Under the pieces are notes generated by a model. That model had not been told where the DNA came from and did no database searches. It saw only the letters and a program-made list of their open reading frames with translations. A DNA stretch of 64,000 nucleotides, taken from positions 186,001 to 250,000 of the forward strand of contig MU057700.1 in assembly GCA_013265495.1 (NCBI GenBank), read 5' to 3'. Below, piece after piece: positions 1-13,369 of the stretch; the first letter of the stretch is position 1; each line of letters opens with the position of its first letter. A program made the position numbers and the translations under genes. The stretch comes from Vicugna vicugna (taxonomy: Eukaryota).

Positions 1-520
1 CTATGTGCTGATGAGAACCAATGTTGTGTCTCCAGCCCTGTCCTCTCCACTGACTCTGAACATTCATATCCAATTGCTTACTTTACATATCCATGTGGGT
101 TTCAGTAAGCATCTCAAACTTAATACCTCCAAAATAGAATGTTTAATTTCCCCACAATCTGTTCTTTCAGCTTTTCTATTCCAAGAAATGCACCCCCTCC
201 ACCCATTTGCTCAAGATGAAAACCTGGGAATCTTTGCCCCACCATCAATGCTGCTGAATTTACCTGCCAAATGCATCCACACCCATGTCTTCTGTCTCTA
301 CTGCTAGGGGTACATGACTTTAAGTCCCCATCCTTGCCCCTGAGTTATGTCAATAACCTCACCATTGCTTCTTCTCTTGCCCCACACTACATATGATATC
401 TGCACAGCAACCAGAAAGAGCTTGCAAAATTGCAAACATTTTCGAAAATGTTTTTTAAAATCCTCCAGTGGCTTTCTCTTGCACTTAAAATATGCAAGAG
501 AAAGTGAGTCTCTGTCAACC
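1..520 (+). mobile_element. Old L2 LINE fragment (approximate boundaries)
   Basis: Typical L2 motifs such as 'gcatctcaaacttaatacctccaaaatagaa' and 'aaaatcctccagtggcttt'. Confidence 0.6.
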
Positions 521-1052
521 CACTTGGGAACTTCCCACCTCTGGGTTTCATGTAACATGAAGGTCTGCACTACCCTTATTGTTTAAACTACTTTTATTTG
601 GATTTCCTGTTACTTGAAGCCAAAAACATTCTAACTAATCCAGTACTCATTGGAGAACTGCACATTTGTGCTTAAAAGTTGGAAATCAAAGAAACAACCA
701 AAATTAGAGAACCGATTATTAAAGCACTGCTGTGCAATGGGATAGGATATAAGAAAGAAAATATGATGTTGCAGATATCCATTTATTGACATTAAATGAT
801 GTTTATGGTGTAATGTCAAGTTTAAAAAGTAAGTTTCAATAGTATGTATATATGAATACACACATTCCCCATTATAGTGAATATATTTACGTATAATTTA
901 GTTTCAAGAGGATATAAATACACACATAAATGAACATGTACATTTTACAGTAGTTTTTACTTGGTAGAGGATTATGACTTTTTTCCTTTATGAGTTTTGA
1001 TAGTTTTCCAAATTTTAACATGAAATAATTTTATAATCAGAAGACAATAAAA

Positions 1053-1623
1053 TTTTACAATAGCCAAGACATGGAAACAACCTAAATATCCATCGACAGA
1101 TGACTGGATAAAGAAGTTGTGGTATATTTATACAATGGGGAATACTACTCAGCCTTAAAAAATGATAAAATAATGCCATTTGCAGCAACATGGATGGACC
1201 TGGAGATTGTCATTCTAAGTGAAGTAAGCCAGAAAGAGAAAGAAAAATACCGTATGGTATCACTCATATGTGGAATCTAAATAAAAAAAAAAAAAAAAGA
1301 CAAATGAACTTATATATCAAATAGAAACAGACTCACAGACATAGAATACAGACTTGTGGTTGCCAGAGGGGAGGCGAGTGGGAAGGGATAAACTGGGAGT
1401 TCAAGATTTGCAGATACTGACTGGTATGTATAAAATGGATAAACAAGTTTATAGTGTACTCCACAGGGAAATGTATTCGATACCTTGTAGTAGCTTATGG
1501 TGAAAAAGAATATGAAAATGAATATATGTATGTTCATGTATGACTGAAGCATTGTGCTGTACATCAGAAATTGACACAACATTGTAAACTGACTATACTT
1601 CAATAAAAAAAATTAACAAAAAA
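1053..1623 (+). mobile_element. 5'-truncated lineage-specific L1 (ORF2 end + 3' UTR + A tail)
   Basis: ORF2 terminus GGA ATC TAA at ~1272-1280 and an A-rich tail; perfect 14-bp TSD agaagacaataaaa at 1039-1052 and 1624-1637. Confidence 0.92.
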
Positions 1624-1859
1624 AGAAGACAATAAAAGATACTTGACATGGAAATATTAGTCTTTGAAGGGTGCAAATGGTTAAGCAGATTGCCTCATGG
1701 TTGTTTATTTACTTATTTATTCCCAGCTTTATTGAAATATCATTGACAATCTCATGGTTATGTGACGTCTTCCCTTGGTCACTAACGTTTTGGGCACAAT
1801 AAACACTGTTTTAGCCAATGTGCTGTTGAGTAAACTTGTGGTGCCTTGTAGCAGAACTG

Positions 1860-2450
1860 TATTTAGAAATGTTCTCCGAGCACGTCGGAAGAAAGGTGAA
1901 TGGAGGCTGAATTCAACCAGGAATGGAGAAGCGTGGGGTTGGGGTGGGGAGACCCGATTCCCCTGCCCAGGCAGCAGCCGGAGGTCACGGCCACCGCCCC
2001 TCCCTCTCGCGCATGACGGGAAGCCTGTGGCGGCTGCCAGGACTCCGCCACCACAGCAGCGCCCCAAAGGGGCCTCCGGGACAGGTCCTGTGTGCCACGG
2101 TGGTGCCAAAAGTCGCCACGAGAGGGCGCGCGGGACTCAGCACTGTTTGGAACTGTTCGCTTGACAACAGAACAAACATAACCTGGCCTCTGTTTCGTAA
2201 CACCAATCTGGCTGAGCTCTCGTACGATTGCGGTGTGGGTGAATTCCCATTTACTAGAGTTAGGTTTTTTAAAAAAAATTCCCTCCGCTCTTCAGGGACA
2301 TAGTAAGAGGGTATTTCAGCCTGACGTGACTTTGCCGCGTGTATCTGTGGGGCGGGAATGTGCCCTCTCCCTATCCGCCCCCTCCACCCCGCTCCGATCC
2401 CTAAGCCTCCTGACCCTGAGCCTCTCTGGCACTTTTGATACTGTAAGTGC
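1860..2450. promoter_or_regulatory. Small CpG-rich, promoter-like island
   Basis: Local CpG enrichment against CpG-poor flanks; CCAAT (~2203), CRE-like TGACGTGA (2322-2329), GC box GGGGCGGG (2349-2356), donor-like ACT|GTAAGT at 2444. Confidence 0.45.
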
Positions 2451-2539
2451 AAGACCTGCACACTGACAGCCACAACGCTGCCAAGGGAAACCAGCAAAGA
2501 CCTGAAAAGTGGGGAGAGTCGGCGTCCATGGACTGGATG

Positions 2540-3050
2540 ATGCAATGTAAGACAGCTATTCTCTCTGAAGTGTCTATAGATTTAGCGCCATCTTTTTCAA
2601 AATCCCAGAAGCTTTTTTTGCAGAAATTGGCAAGCTTATCCCTGAGGGTAAAAACAGCCAAAAGAATTTTGAAAAAGACCAAAGTTGGAGGACTTATATT
2701 TCCCGACTTCAAAACTTACTATAAGGCTTCAGTAAAAAACAAACAAAAAAACAGTATAGTACCGGCATATGGATAGACATATATATCAGTGGAACAGACT
2801 TGAGAGTCTAGAAATAAGCCCTTACATTTATGGCTAATTGATTTTCAACAAAAATGTCAAGGCAATTCAGTGGAGGGAAAGGATGGTCGTTTGAACAAAT
2901 GGTGCTAGAACAAAGGAATTAATGGTTGCCCGGGGATGGGATAGGAATGGGGTGATAGAAATGTGCTAAAACTGGATTGTGGTGATAGTTGCTCAGCTCT
3001 GCAAATTAACTAAAAATCTTTGAATCTACAGCTGATATGGGTGAATTCTA
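2540..3050 (+). mobile_element. Old L1 ORF2/3' fragments
   Basis: Translation contains L1 ORF2-like KRILKKTKVGGLIFPDFKTYYKA; degenerate. Confidence 0.8.
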
Positions 3051-3384
3051 CAAGGGAGGGAGAGGTAGACACCTCAGCTGGGAAGCAGGTCTGGGACAGA
3101 TGTGCTGAGATGGGAGGGTCTGTGGGCTGCACCTACTTCCCTACCTCCTAGCTGAGCCCATCAGCGCCTCTGCCTCTTCATTTGCATAACTGGGATAATG
3201 ACACTTGCAGGCAGGTGGGGAGGATGGAAGGCACCACACATGGCCCTTGGCATAGGACATGCAGTGCCCTTCTTGCGGGGGTTGCACTCAGCTATCAGGG
3301 CGGGGGACAGCGATCCCTGACTGGGGGGCCTCCCACTCTGGCCTCAGGGTCCAGGAGAGTCTGGGCAGCACCATCGTGTACGAG

Positions 3385-3680
3385 TAGCGTGCTGCCCCCA
3401 CGTACACTTTTCTAGTGGCTGCATTTAAAAAGTAAAAAGCAGGTGCAAGTCATTTAAATAGCATATTTCATTTAACCTAATATACCCTACCTATTATCAC
3501 TCTGACGTGTAATCAGTTTAATAGATATCCACAAGACATTTGACATCCTCTTTCTCTTACAAAGACTTCCAGATGCGATGTTTATTTGACACTTAGAGCA
3601 CCTGTCAGTCTGCATCAGCCACATTTGAAATGTCCCTCAGCCACCTGCAGCTCCCGGCCGCGGTAGCAGTTGGTGCAGAC
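3385..3680. mobile_element. MER3/MER33-like hAT-Charlie DNA transposon remnant
   Basis: Motifs 'catttaaaaagtaaaaagcaggtg...tttcatttaacctaatata' and 'agccacatttgaaatg...agccac'. Confidence 0.6.
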
Positions 3681-4979
3681 CTGTGACATCTGACGAACCC
3701 CGGGCAGGGTTCCTCAAGCCTGGCAGTGCCAGCCATCCCCACTGCTGTGTCCCGTCCCTTCCTGTCCCTCTGTGGGGGCACCAAAGGAGGCTAATGGCAA
3801 GTCTGACTCAGGGCTGCTGGATGCCCAGGATATGTGCAATTCTCCTCTTGAGGCCTGAGAAGCTGCCTTCACAGAGGTGGCCCAAGATGGTGATCCCTCT
3901 CCAACCTTTCCTGGGCATTGGGCTCCTGGTTTCTTCATCAGGGTGGAGCTGAGAGAGTGACAACCAACCTGCCCTGGGCCGGTGCTGGTGGTGGAGGAGG
4001 GTGTCGGATGCCATGTGCCACAGTGTTAGGAACAGCAGTGGGGCCCAGGTGACAAAGCCATGCCTGTTGCAGGTTAACTCATGCCTGCTAATTGTTGCTA
4101 GCTCTGTCTTTCACACTCCAAAGTTCTTGGTTTGGCATAAATTGTCACTGCTGTGTAATGACAGGCACATGCCGCCTGCATGCCAGGAACCAGGCCCTGG
4201 CTCTAAAAGTTGGACCTGGATTCGTTCTGGTCATCTCTCCCACCCTGTGTGTGGGGTGGGTGGTGTTATCACACCTCACAGATGAGAAACAGGGGCCACA
4301 TCCAAAGTGAGTCGTGTAGTGAGTCAAAGGGCCAACAAAGTGGCCTGCCTGCTGCGCCATCCCCAAGAGCCACTGGGCAGGAAGGCCATACGTGTGCAGA
4401 AGGCCCTCCAGTCCTGCCAGGACACGTGTCCTCACTGTGCGCAGGCAGACTGGTGCAGATTCACTCTCACCCGGCTGAGGGGCAGCTTCCTCTGCCTAGA
4501 GAGCAAGCCAAGGCCGGGACCTGGGCGGTCACACCACGAGGGTGCGCCTGAGCCTGGGCCCACACTCAGGAGTCCCGGGCAGAAGCACAGCCAGGGGGCC
4601 CTCCCCCAGCAATGCCCACAGAAGTGCTGCTTCTCTTACTAAGAGTCTTGGTTGACATAAGGTGTGATGAAAGGAGGTTGGAAGAAGACTGAGGTTCAGA
4701 GAGGGGACTGTGACCACTCCAGCCGGGCCAGTGGTCAGCATCAGCTGGGGCTGAGAGCTGGAACCACCCTGCCCCAGCCCCAAACTCACACACCATATGT
4801 ACATGCCCGCACAAACACAATCACACACACAGCACACACTCGCAAACACACGCTCACACCCCTCTCAGCAGGTGTGACAGTTCCTGAGTGTCCCTTAAGG
4901 GCTGAGGCCCAGGATTCCTGCTGCACACAGGCCTCGTCCTTGGAGCTCTCTGGATTCCTGGCTAGCCTGGGCCATTGTT

Positions 4980-5600
4980 TCCAAGTCTTCTTCTGGGACT
5001 CCCATGATGCATATGTTGGTCCACTTGATTGTGTACCAGGGGTCACATAGGCTCTGCTCACTTCTCTTCAATCTTTTTTCTTTCTCCTCCTCAGACTCGA
5101 TCATTTCAACTGTCTTATATTCAAGTTCGTCGATCCCATCTTCTGTCTTCTCAGATCTGCTGTTGAACCTCCCTAATGAATTTTTCATTTCAGCTATGGT
5201 GCTTTTCAGCTCCAGAATTTGGTTCCTTTTAATATTTTCAATCTCTTATCATTTTTTCATATATAATTTTCCTGATTTCCTTTGGTTCTTTGAGCATATT
5301 TAAGATTTTTTTTTTAAGTTTTTGGCTAATAAGTCCAATGTCTGGGCTTCCTAAGGGATGGTTTCTGTCAATTAATTTTATCTCTTTGAATGGGCTTTTT
5401 TTTTTGTATGCTTTGTGATTTTTGCTTGAAGACTGGATATTTGCATATATAACTATGGAAATCAAATTCTCCTTCTCCCCCAGGGCTTCATGCTTTTAGT
5501 AATCTGCTTGATTAATGACTTTCCCAGAATGTTATTGCAAGACTGTATTCATTGTAGTGTGTTGTCACTGAAGTCTCTGTTTCTGAGCTTGTGTTCAGCT
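4980..5600 (-). mobile_element. Old L1 ORF1 fragment
   Basis: Minus-strand ORF 4895-5188 reads MKNSLGRFNSRSEKTEDGIDELE...TIKWTNICIMGVPEE, the L1 ORF1p coiled-coil/RRM start. Confidence 0.85.
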
Positions 5601-5602
5601 AA

Positions 5603-5990
5603 TTTTTGTTTTAAATTGAAATTGGAGAATAGCTGTTTTAAAATGTTGTGTTAGTTTCAGGTGTACAGCAAAGTGATTCAGTTATATATACATTCTTTTT
5701 CAAGATTATTTCCATTATAGTTTATTACAAGATATTGAATATAGTTCCCTGAGCTGTACACCAAGTCCTTGTTGTTTATCTGTTTTATATACAGTAGCGT
5801 GTATCTGTTAATCCTAAACGTCTAATTTATCCCTCCCTCCCCCTTTCTCTTTTTGTAACGATAAGTTTGTTTTCTGTGTCTGTGAGTCTATTTCTGTTTT
5901 ATAAATAAGTTCATTTGTATCATTTTTTTTTAGATTCCACATATAAGTGACATCATGTGAGATTCCTCTGTCTGACTTACTTCACTTAGT
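5603..5990 (-). mobile_element. L1 3' UTR fragment
   Basis: Antisense L1 3' end, including 'tttttttttagattccacatataagtga' at ~5922-5950. Confidence 0.8.
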
Positions 5991-6729
5991 ACTTAACAGA
6001 GACTACCTTGAATGACAAGAGCTAAAAACAACAAACAAAACAAACAAAAGAGAGACAGAGAAATACCTCTACCAGTCTTTGCAGATCGGCTCTGTCTGCC
6101 TCCTTCAACACTATCTGTTTCCAAAAAGAACTCCATATCTCAGACAGAAACTCTGCACGCATTCAGCAACAACTCCCCATTCCTCTCTACCTCCAGGCCC
6201 TGATAACCTCTAATCTACTTTCTGCCTCTATGAACTTGCCTGTTCAAGATATTTCACATAAGCAGGATCACGTAATATTTGTCACTTTGTGTTTGGCTTT
6301 TTCTCCACATTCTCACCAACACGTGTTATTTCCCATTGTAGAAAAGTAATGGCCATCGTAGTAGGTGTGACGCGGTATTGCACTGTGGTTTTGATTTGCA
6401 CTTCTCTAGTGATTAATGGTGCCGAGCATCTTCGTGTGCTTACTGGCCATTCGTGATTTTCTTTGGAGAAACGTCTTTTCAAGATTTTTTGTCCATTTTA
6501 AATTGGGTTTCTATCTGTTGTTGGGTTGTAGGAGTTCTTCTCTTGCAAGCAAGAAGAAGGAGATGCTGTTTGTAGGTAAAGAATCGGTCACATATAGGGC
6601 TAAACGTGTTTAACATGGGTATGCTGACTATCTGTGAGAACCTGAATCCCCATGCAGAACAAATGTAATCCCTTACAATGACCTGCAAAAAGCAGTAATC
6701 ACACTAGGGAATCAGAGCAAGTTCTTTCA

Positions 6730-7720
6730 ACAGTACTTACTGACCACCATCCAGGCACCATTCTAGGTGCTGGGAAGACAACAGTGAACAATACAAAGAA
6801 ATCTCTGCCCTAGTGACACTTACATTCTGGTGTGTGTGTGCGCGTGCGCAATAAAGGAAGTAAAATGGTAAATGTACATATACATTTCTAAAAGGGATTA
6901 CAAAAAAAATAAATGGAGATGTGGGAGAGGGGGGCTGGGTCAGTGTTAAAGAGGGTGTTCAGAGAAGGCCTCCCTGAGAGAGGACACCTGAGCAAGGTCC
7001 TAAAGCAAGTGTGGGGACAAGCCATGGTGGCACCTGGGGGAATGATGTCCAGACGGAGAGGAGACAAGCATCTCAAGGTGGAAGCTCAGCTGCAGTGTTG
7101 GCGGTGCAGCTGGAGGCCTGGGGATGGTGCAGCGTGAGCTATGGGCAGGGCGGAGGCAGGTCAAGTACGAGAGGGATGGGGTCAGAGGACCATTGTATGG
7201 GTGTGGCACGTGCTCCTAGTGAGCCAGGGTCCAGTCGACCTTTTAATAGGGTCACTGTAGTGCTGTGCGAAGCATAGACCTGCAGAAGGCAGAGCAGGGA
7301 TACCCTTTAAGAGGCTGCTCTAATAATCCTTTGAGAGATAATAGGAGCTTGTACCAGGGTGGTATCCAGGGAGGGGCTGTGAAGTATATTTGCACAGTAA
7401 AGCCAAAAGGATTTGCTGATGCATTGGGAGTTAGGTTTGAGAGAAATAGAACAGTCCAGGTTAACTCCATAAGTTTTGGCCAGAGGAACCAGAAGAATGA
7501 GCAACTATAGGAGGAGCAGTTTTGGGGGAGAAAATCAGAAACTTGAGGGCTGAGAATGTGAAGTTTGAGATGTGTCTTAGACTTCAAGTAAAGTGATCAA
7601 GCAGGCTGTCAGCCACAGGAGGCTGGAGTTCTGATTCCAGAGTTCAAGACCTGTCAGCACCCACGTGGTGTTTGTAATGCTGGGAATGAGGTGAAAGATG
7701 GAGCCCAGGCACTGAGCCAT
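6730..7720 (-). mobile_element. L2 fragment(s)
   Basis: Typical antisense L2 motifs 'caggcaccattctaggtgctggg' and 'aggatttgctgatgcattgg'. Confidence 0.65.
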
Positions 7721-7891
7721 GGGCTCGCCAACACACAGAGGCTGGAGGGACGACAGAGGACCAGGAGCGTTCCTTAGTAACTAAGGGTCAGTCCTCGGAT
7801 CTGGCCACTGGAGGTGCGGGCAGTCACGAGACCTTGCAAGACCAGTTTTGTTAGAGAAACTAATTGGATTGGGTTCAAGAGTGACAGGAGC

Positions 7892-7977
7892 GGGGGAGGG
7901 TACAGCTCAGTGGTAGAGCGCATGCTTAGCATGCATGAGGTCCTGGGTTCAATCCCCAGTACTTCCATTAAAAGAAC
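7892..7977 (+). mobile_element. tRNA-Ala(AGC)-derived SINE (camelid Vic-1 type)
   Basis: GGGGAGGGTACAGCTCAGTGGTAGAGCGCATGCTTAGCATGCATGAGGTCCTGGGTTCAATCCCCAGTACTTCCA with A/B boxes, a short A tail and a degenerate TSD (agagtgacagga / agagtggtagga). Confidence 0.88.
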
Positions 7978-10900
7978 AGAGTGGTAGGATGGGGTTGAAT
8001 ATAGACTCTGAATGTAGATGAACTTTCAAGAATATTTTGCTGACAACGGGAACAAAAAAAAGAGGTACAAGAGAAATTATAGAGTCAAGAGAGTATTTTT
8101 TAAGGGAAGGATTAATAAGAAGTTGTTTGAGATTGATATTGATGATCTAGTTGAGAGGGGAAGCGATGCCGTAAGGGTGAGAAGGGATCCTTGCTGAAGC
8201 ACTGTCCCCGAGGCAGTGGGCTTACCCGTTACATTGGCCGGGCAGAGCACCATGGCATCAGTGCGGACAGATGGGGAGGTGCAGTGCTAAATCCAGTGGC
8301 CCAGGGGTCCCATTGAGGCTGGGACTGTTCAGACAGCAGCACTAGTGGCAGAGCGTAGCAGAATGAAGGGCAGCTGCACCATCTGCATCCCCTCTGCCTG
8401 CCTCCCAGGCCACACCACTTCCACCAAGAGCCCAGGAAAACACAGCAATAGTTATATGGCTCACAAAGCCCTAATTTGGGCAGGCTTGGTGGAGACTTCC
8501 CATTTCTCTCCACTCTGCATCAGCTCGGGTAGCCTGAAGGCCAGGGCTGGACACACCTGCTGGTTCTGTCCCTCCCTCACTTCTATGTCTGGCAGTTGAT
8601 GGTGGGGAGAAGCAAACAGCAGGGGGTTGGGACACTGGGCATCCTCAAGCATCTCTGTCTCATAGTGGCCTCTCCCTGTGGCCTCCCCAGCATGAGAAGC
8701 CAGACTTCTTACCTGTCAGCTCAGATACTCAAGGCTCACGTCCCAAGAGAGGTCCAGGACAGAGCTGTGTTGACTTGCAGGACCCATCTCAGAAGTCACA
8801 TGCTGTTGGTTGAAGCAGTAGTTGAAGTCTGCCCAGATGCAAGGGGAGGGGACGGGAGCCCTGCCTCTTAATGGAGGCAAGTCTACTGCTGCAGGAGTTC
8901 CTACATTAATGTGCAACCTAAATCGCAGTCCATTAAAATATATGTAGCCCATCCTGGTGATCAGCTCTTCCTGTATCTTTCCAAAGTGCCTCTTTCTCTA
9001 ACACCACGCTGTGTCTGTCTTGACCACAGAGAAGAGGCTGAATCATCCTCACCCACCAAACGCAGATTACAACCTTCTGGGTCTGGAGCTCTGAGCTCTG
9101 ATTTTGCCACTTACAAGCCATGTGGCTTTGAGCAAGTCTCCTCATCTTCCCAGCCTCAGTTTTGTTATTTAAAAAAATGTGGATGATGATGATGATGATG
9201 TCCTTTTTGAAAAAACAAATATTTATTGGGCTCCTAGTACATGGCAGGTCTGCTCTAGGTGATTGGATGTGGTGGTAAATAAGCCCCGCCCTCCTGGAGC
9301 TCACACTCCAGGGCCGGTGCCACCCTGGGAGCTGTTGAGAGAATTCAAAGAAACAATGCATGGGACGCAGGTGCTCAGCCCAGCCTGGCCATCAGGACTG
9401 TTTGGGAATGCAGGTACTCATCGTCTTCATCCCCATCATCACCATCACCATCCTCTCTTCAATGCTCTTCCTCCTTGACAGGCAAAATAAACACGTCACC
9501 CACAGATGACAATGCCCAGGAAACCTTAAGACAATGAACTTGTATTCAAATTGAGAGTCTGAATCTTTTGGGACAAAGAAAGAGAAGAACTGGCTGGAAG
9601 AAAAAAAAGTAAAAGCATTTCAAACACATCATCACCAGCGCTATAATCACTTAAGAACAGTTAAGTCAACCATGAAATTAACAAGGAGCAGAAATCTATG
9701 TTCCTTCTACTCAGATCTCTGTGGCTGGGCTTCACGTTTACTGAGATAAACGTCCCCCACGATCATCCTGTGCCTCCAAGGAGAGCATCCTTTCTTGGAG
9801 ATAATATTCTCATTAGTGCCAGACAAACAGAGCACAGGCTTTGGCAGCCGGCTCAGCCCTGACAATCTCTGACCACGTGACAGTCTCCCTCCTGTGGAGA
9901 TGCCTGGGCTGGGCACACAGACAGAGGGTGTGGACATATGGCTCTGCCCTATACCCAGCCCACCCCACGCACCCCAACCAGTGCACCTGTGCTCTGCCTC
10001 CAGCCTCTGCTTTCTGGGCTCACGCCATCCCACCTCCACCACGTGGTCTGGGGACCTGCCCTAAACCTTTAGCCTGTGCTAACGCCCTGAGATACCTGGC
10101 CTGGCCTCCACCCGAACATCGGAAATGGGATATGTGACACCCCTTCCCAGATAAGACACTCACACGACTTCATTATTGCTGAAGGACTTGGAAGGTAGGT
10201 AATGATACCGTCTTTACATTGAAACACAGCCAAGAAGGCAACATTACCTGGTCCCTTTAGGTTTTCAACCTATAACCCAAGCCCCCCCACATGTATCGAT
10301 CCTCCTGTCAGGGCCTGAGCCTGTTGGATAAAATCACAACTCCCAGCCTGACATCTGAGGGCCTCCACCTGCCGACCCCCTTCCCTACTCCATCCCTACC
10401 AGCAGTGCCTCTCCCAGCCACTGCCCTCCACCCCCTGCTAAGCCTCTGAAACTTGGAGCATGTTTCTTCCTAATTCACTAAACTAAGCATAATGGATGCC
10501 TCATCTTTAAAGGGGAGATGGTAAGGAGCCAACGTATACCACTGCTCATATCAGTCAGCGTGGGCTAAGAGCTGTTGCTGAAACAAAGGATCCCAAATCT
10601 CGATGCTGTATAACAGCGAAGGGTTATTTCTTGCCCACATCTGAAGTCCGTTGCAAGCTGGCCTCAGCTCTGCTCAGGAAGGACCTCAGGACTCAGAAGC
10701 AGTCAGTCTCTCAGACGAGGGAAAAGAGCAACGTGAGAACAACACGATGGCTCCTTATGTTCCGCTTGGAAGAGCACATGTTACTTCCACTCAGATTTCT
10801 TTGGCCCAAACAAGTCAACTGCCAAGCCTGATAGAAGCATGATCCTATCAGAAAAGGACTGTAGGAGGGACATCAGACACTTAGCACAAATCATATGAGC

Positions 10901-13369
10901 CACAACAGAGCCACTCACAGGGCTGGTGCGTTTCTTACGCCAACACCTCGGGCTCCTCCACAGAACCCTATGAAGAAGGCAGAAGTGACTCGTTTTACAG
11001 ATGTAGACGGAGGCTCTGGGACCAGGTGAGCAGAGACTCAGGGGATGTCTGGAATTCTCTGTGGTGAGCCCTAGAGTGCTGCGTTCCAGCACCAGTCTGG
11101 AGCCAGGGTGACCTGAGGAATTCTGAGGGATCCCTGCTGACACCCGGTATTTAGGGCAGCTGGCAGAGGCAGGTGGAGTTCTAGAGCCTAGCCGGACTGG
11201 TTGGGGGTGGGGCAGGGTTGCTCTTAGGAGGTGGGCAGGATGGTCTACAGGTGGGAATGGAGTGGCTGACGGGAGGGGAATGATGTGAGCCACAGGTGGA
11301 TCAATATCACCCCACTGGGAACAGCCCCCAGCTCTGCAGAATCTGACCCACATTTATCTTCCAAGTCTTTCTCCAGGATCAAGGGAGGACTTGCTTGTCC
11401 TGGCTGACAATGACCCTACTTTCCACATTCCTAGCTTTTCTCTCCATGATGCTGGGCTGTCAGAAGTAGGGCTCAGCGATCCATGGCCTCTGCTTACAGG
11501 TAATCCCTGTACACAGAGGACTGTGGAGCCTGATAGGCAGAGTCCAGTTCAGTGAACTTCAGCAACACAGTCTTTCACTACCCACCAAGTCTGGATCCTT
11601 GGGCAGGACAGGGCTCTGAGTCCATGGTCCTGCACTACCGACCAGGCTCCTTGAGCCCATCTGCAAAGAGGCTTCACAGTCTCACACAGTTTTCTTTCTG
11701 AGTGTTCAGAGCATCCAGGACATGGTCTGTGGTCAAGGCCCAGCCCCAGGCAGTAGATTCAGAGCCACAGGTCATGAGTTCAAGTGCTGGCTGCCATTTA
11801 TTGACTACATGACCTTGGAGAATTGACCGAACCTCTCTGAGCATCTGTAAAGTTGGACTGGAGCTGCCTCCACTGTACTGACCTTATTTGATGGGTGATG
11901 AGTGACAGCTGACTAGAGGACCGCACGGCCCTTTCCCGCCTGCCCTGGATTCCCTACAGACTAATGACTTCACTGGGTGTTTGGAGTTGATGGGAGAGAA
12001 ATAGTGCATTGAAGCAGTTCTAAAATGTACACTTTTACACCTCAACATTTCAGAAATCAGGTCATATCTCTCCATCAACAGTCTTAACTTTCTGTTGGCT
12101 AAGTGGCAGCCCTGAAGTTAATATCACTTCCTGTACATGTCGCTCCTGGTAGCTTGACTGGATCTCACCCCCTCAATGTTTCTGATCTCATCACCATTGA
12201 AGGATCATTGGGGAAGGAACCAGAGTCCTGGATGGTGTCTGAAACGTCCTGCTGACGATTTCTGGTGAGATGAACAAAGTGCCAGCAAGAATGGGGATCA
12301 GTGGCATGGAAGAGTACCTGGAAAAAGATAATGGGGTGTTGTGTTCAGAAGTGCCACATTATCCATGCTCCTGCTGGCGCAGAAGATGACATCACCGTGG
12401 AGAAATTTACAGAAAAATATGAATTATCTAAATGAGTGAGAAAACCCTAATAAACTAGTAGCTACAAGGGAGGAAATGGACAAGAAAGTACAAAATTTAC
12501 CCATCTCCATCATGTCTATAATTTCAATATTTTTATCTTATGTATTGTCCTACTATAATTTATTTAATTTCCTTGATTTTCTTTCATCTTTCCTCATCTT
12601 TTCTGTGTCTTCTCTTATTTTTTCTTCATCAATCTGACTAGGTTGCAGTAACCACGTTATAAACATGCAAGTGGCAACAGTGAGCTGTCCAGCATCTGTG
12701 CAAACTTAGCATCGCCACATTCCGGAAGCCTGCTTTGGGTTTTATGGATGAACGGTAGAGGTCTTTTCCTCTTGTATGTTTGATTTTTATTTTATTACTT
12801 ACTTCTTCTTTATCAATCACTTTTTTCAACTTTTGGGGGTTTATTTCCATGTTGGCATTCCTGCTTTTGGACTAAGATAGTGGTTCATTTATTTCTAATC
12901 TTCCTTTTCTCTAATAAATGCATTTAAGGCTCTACATTTTCTCTGGATACTGTTTTGAAAACTTTTCACAAGCTGAAAAAGTGGAGTACGCTGTCATCCA
13001 TTTCTCAGGTGTCAGCAATTTCTGTTGTAATGTTGGTAATTTCAGTTGTGATGTTCTTTTAAATCCAAGAGTGTTCTTAAGTGTGTTATGTAATTTGGGG
13101 ATCGCTAATTACTGACTTTATTACTTTGAGGCCATGAACATGGCTATATAAACTATCCTTTTTTGGACTTGGTTTAGAAATACTTAGGAGTTTACATCTC
13201 AGGAAATTTTTGTGTCATTTTAAAGATTAATTCTATTGTTGGTAGAAGGATTTTAATGGCATTATTCAGATCTATCTATCATTTTCCATCTTATTTGTTG
13301 ATTTCTATATATATCCTATTATAAGGGAGCTATTTTAATGTCTTCAGATGTTTCCAACAGTTTAAAAAA

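Noticed and set aside
7801..7820. CTCF-like motif, and similar ones at ~56602 and ~62719
   Set aside because: Each has mismatches at core positions and cannot be told from background without a PWM score or ChIP data.
7892..7967. tRNA-Ala(AGC) gene
   Set aside because: Mismatched acceptor stem, extra 5' G-rich leader, A tail and TSD, and no oligo-T terminator. It is a tRNA-derived SINE.
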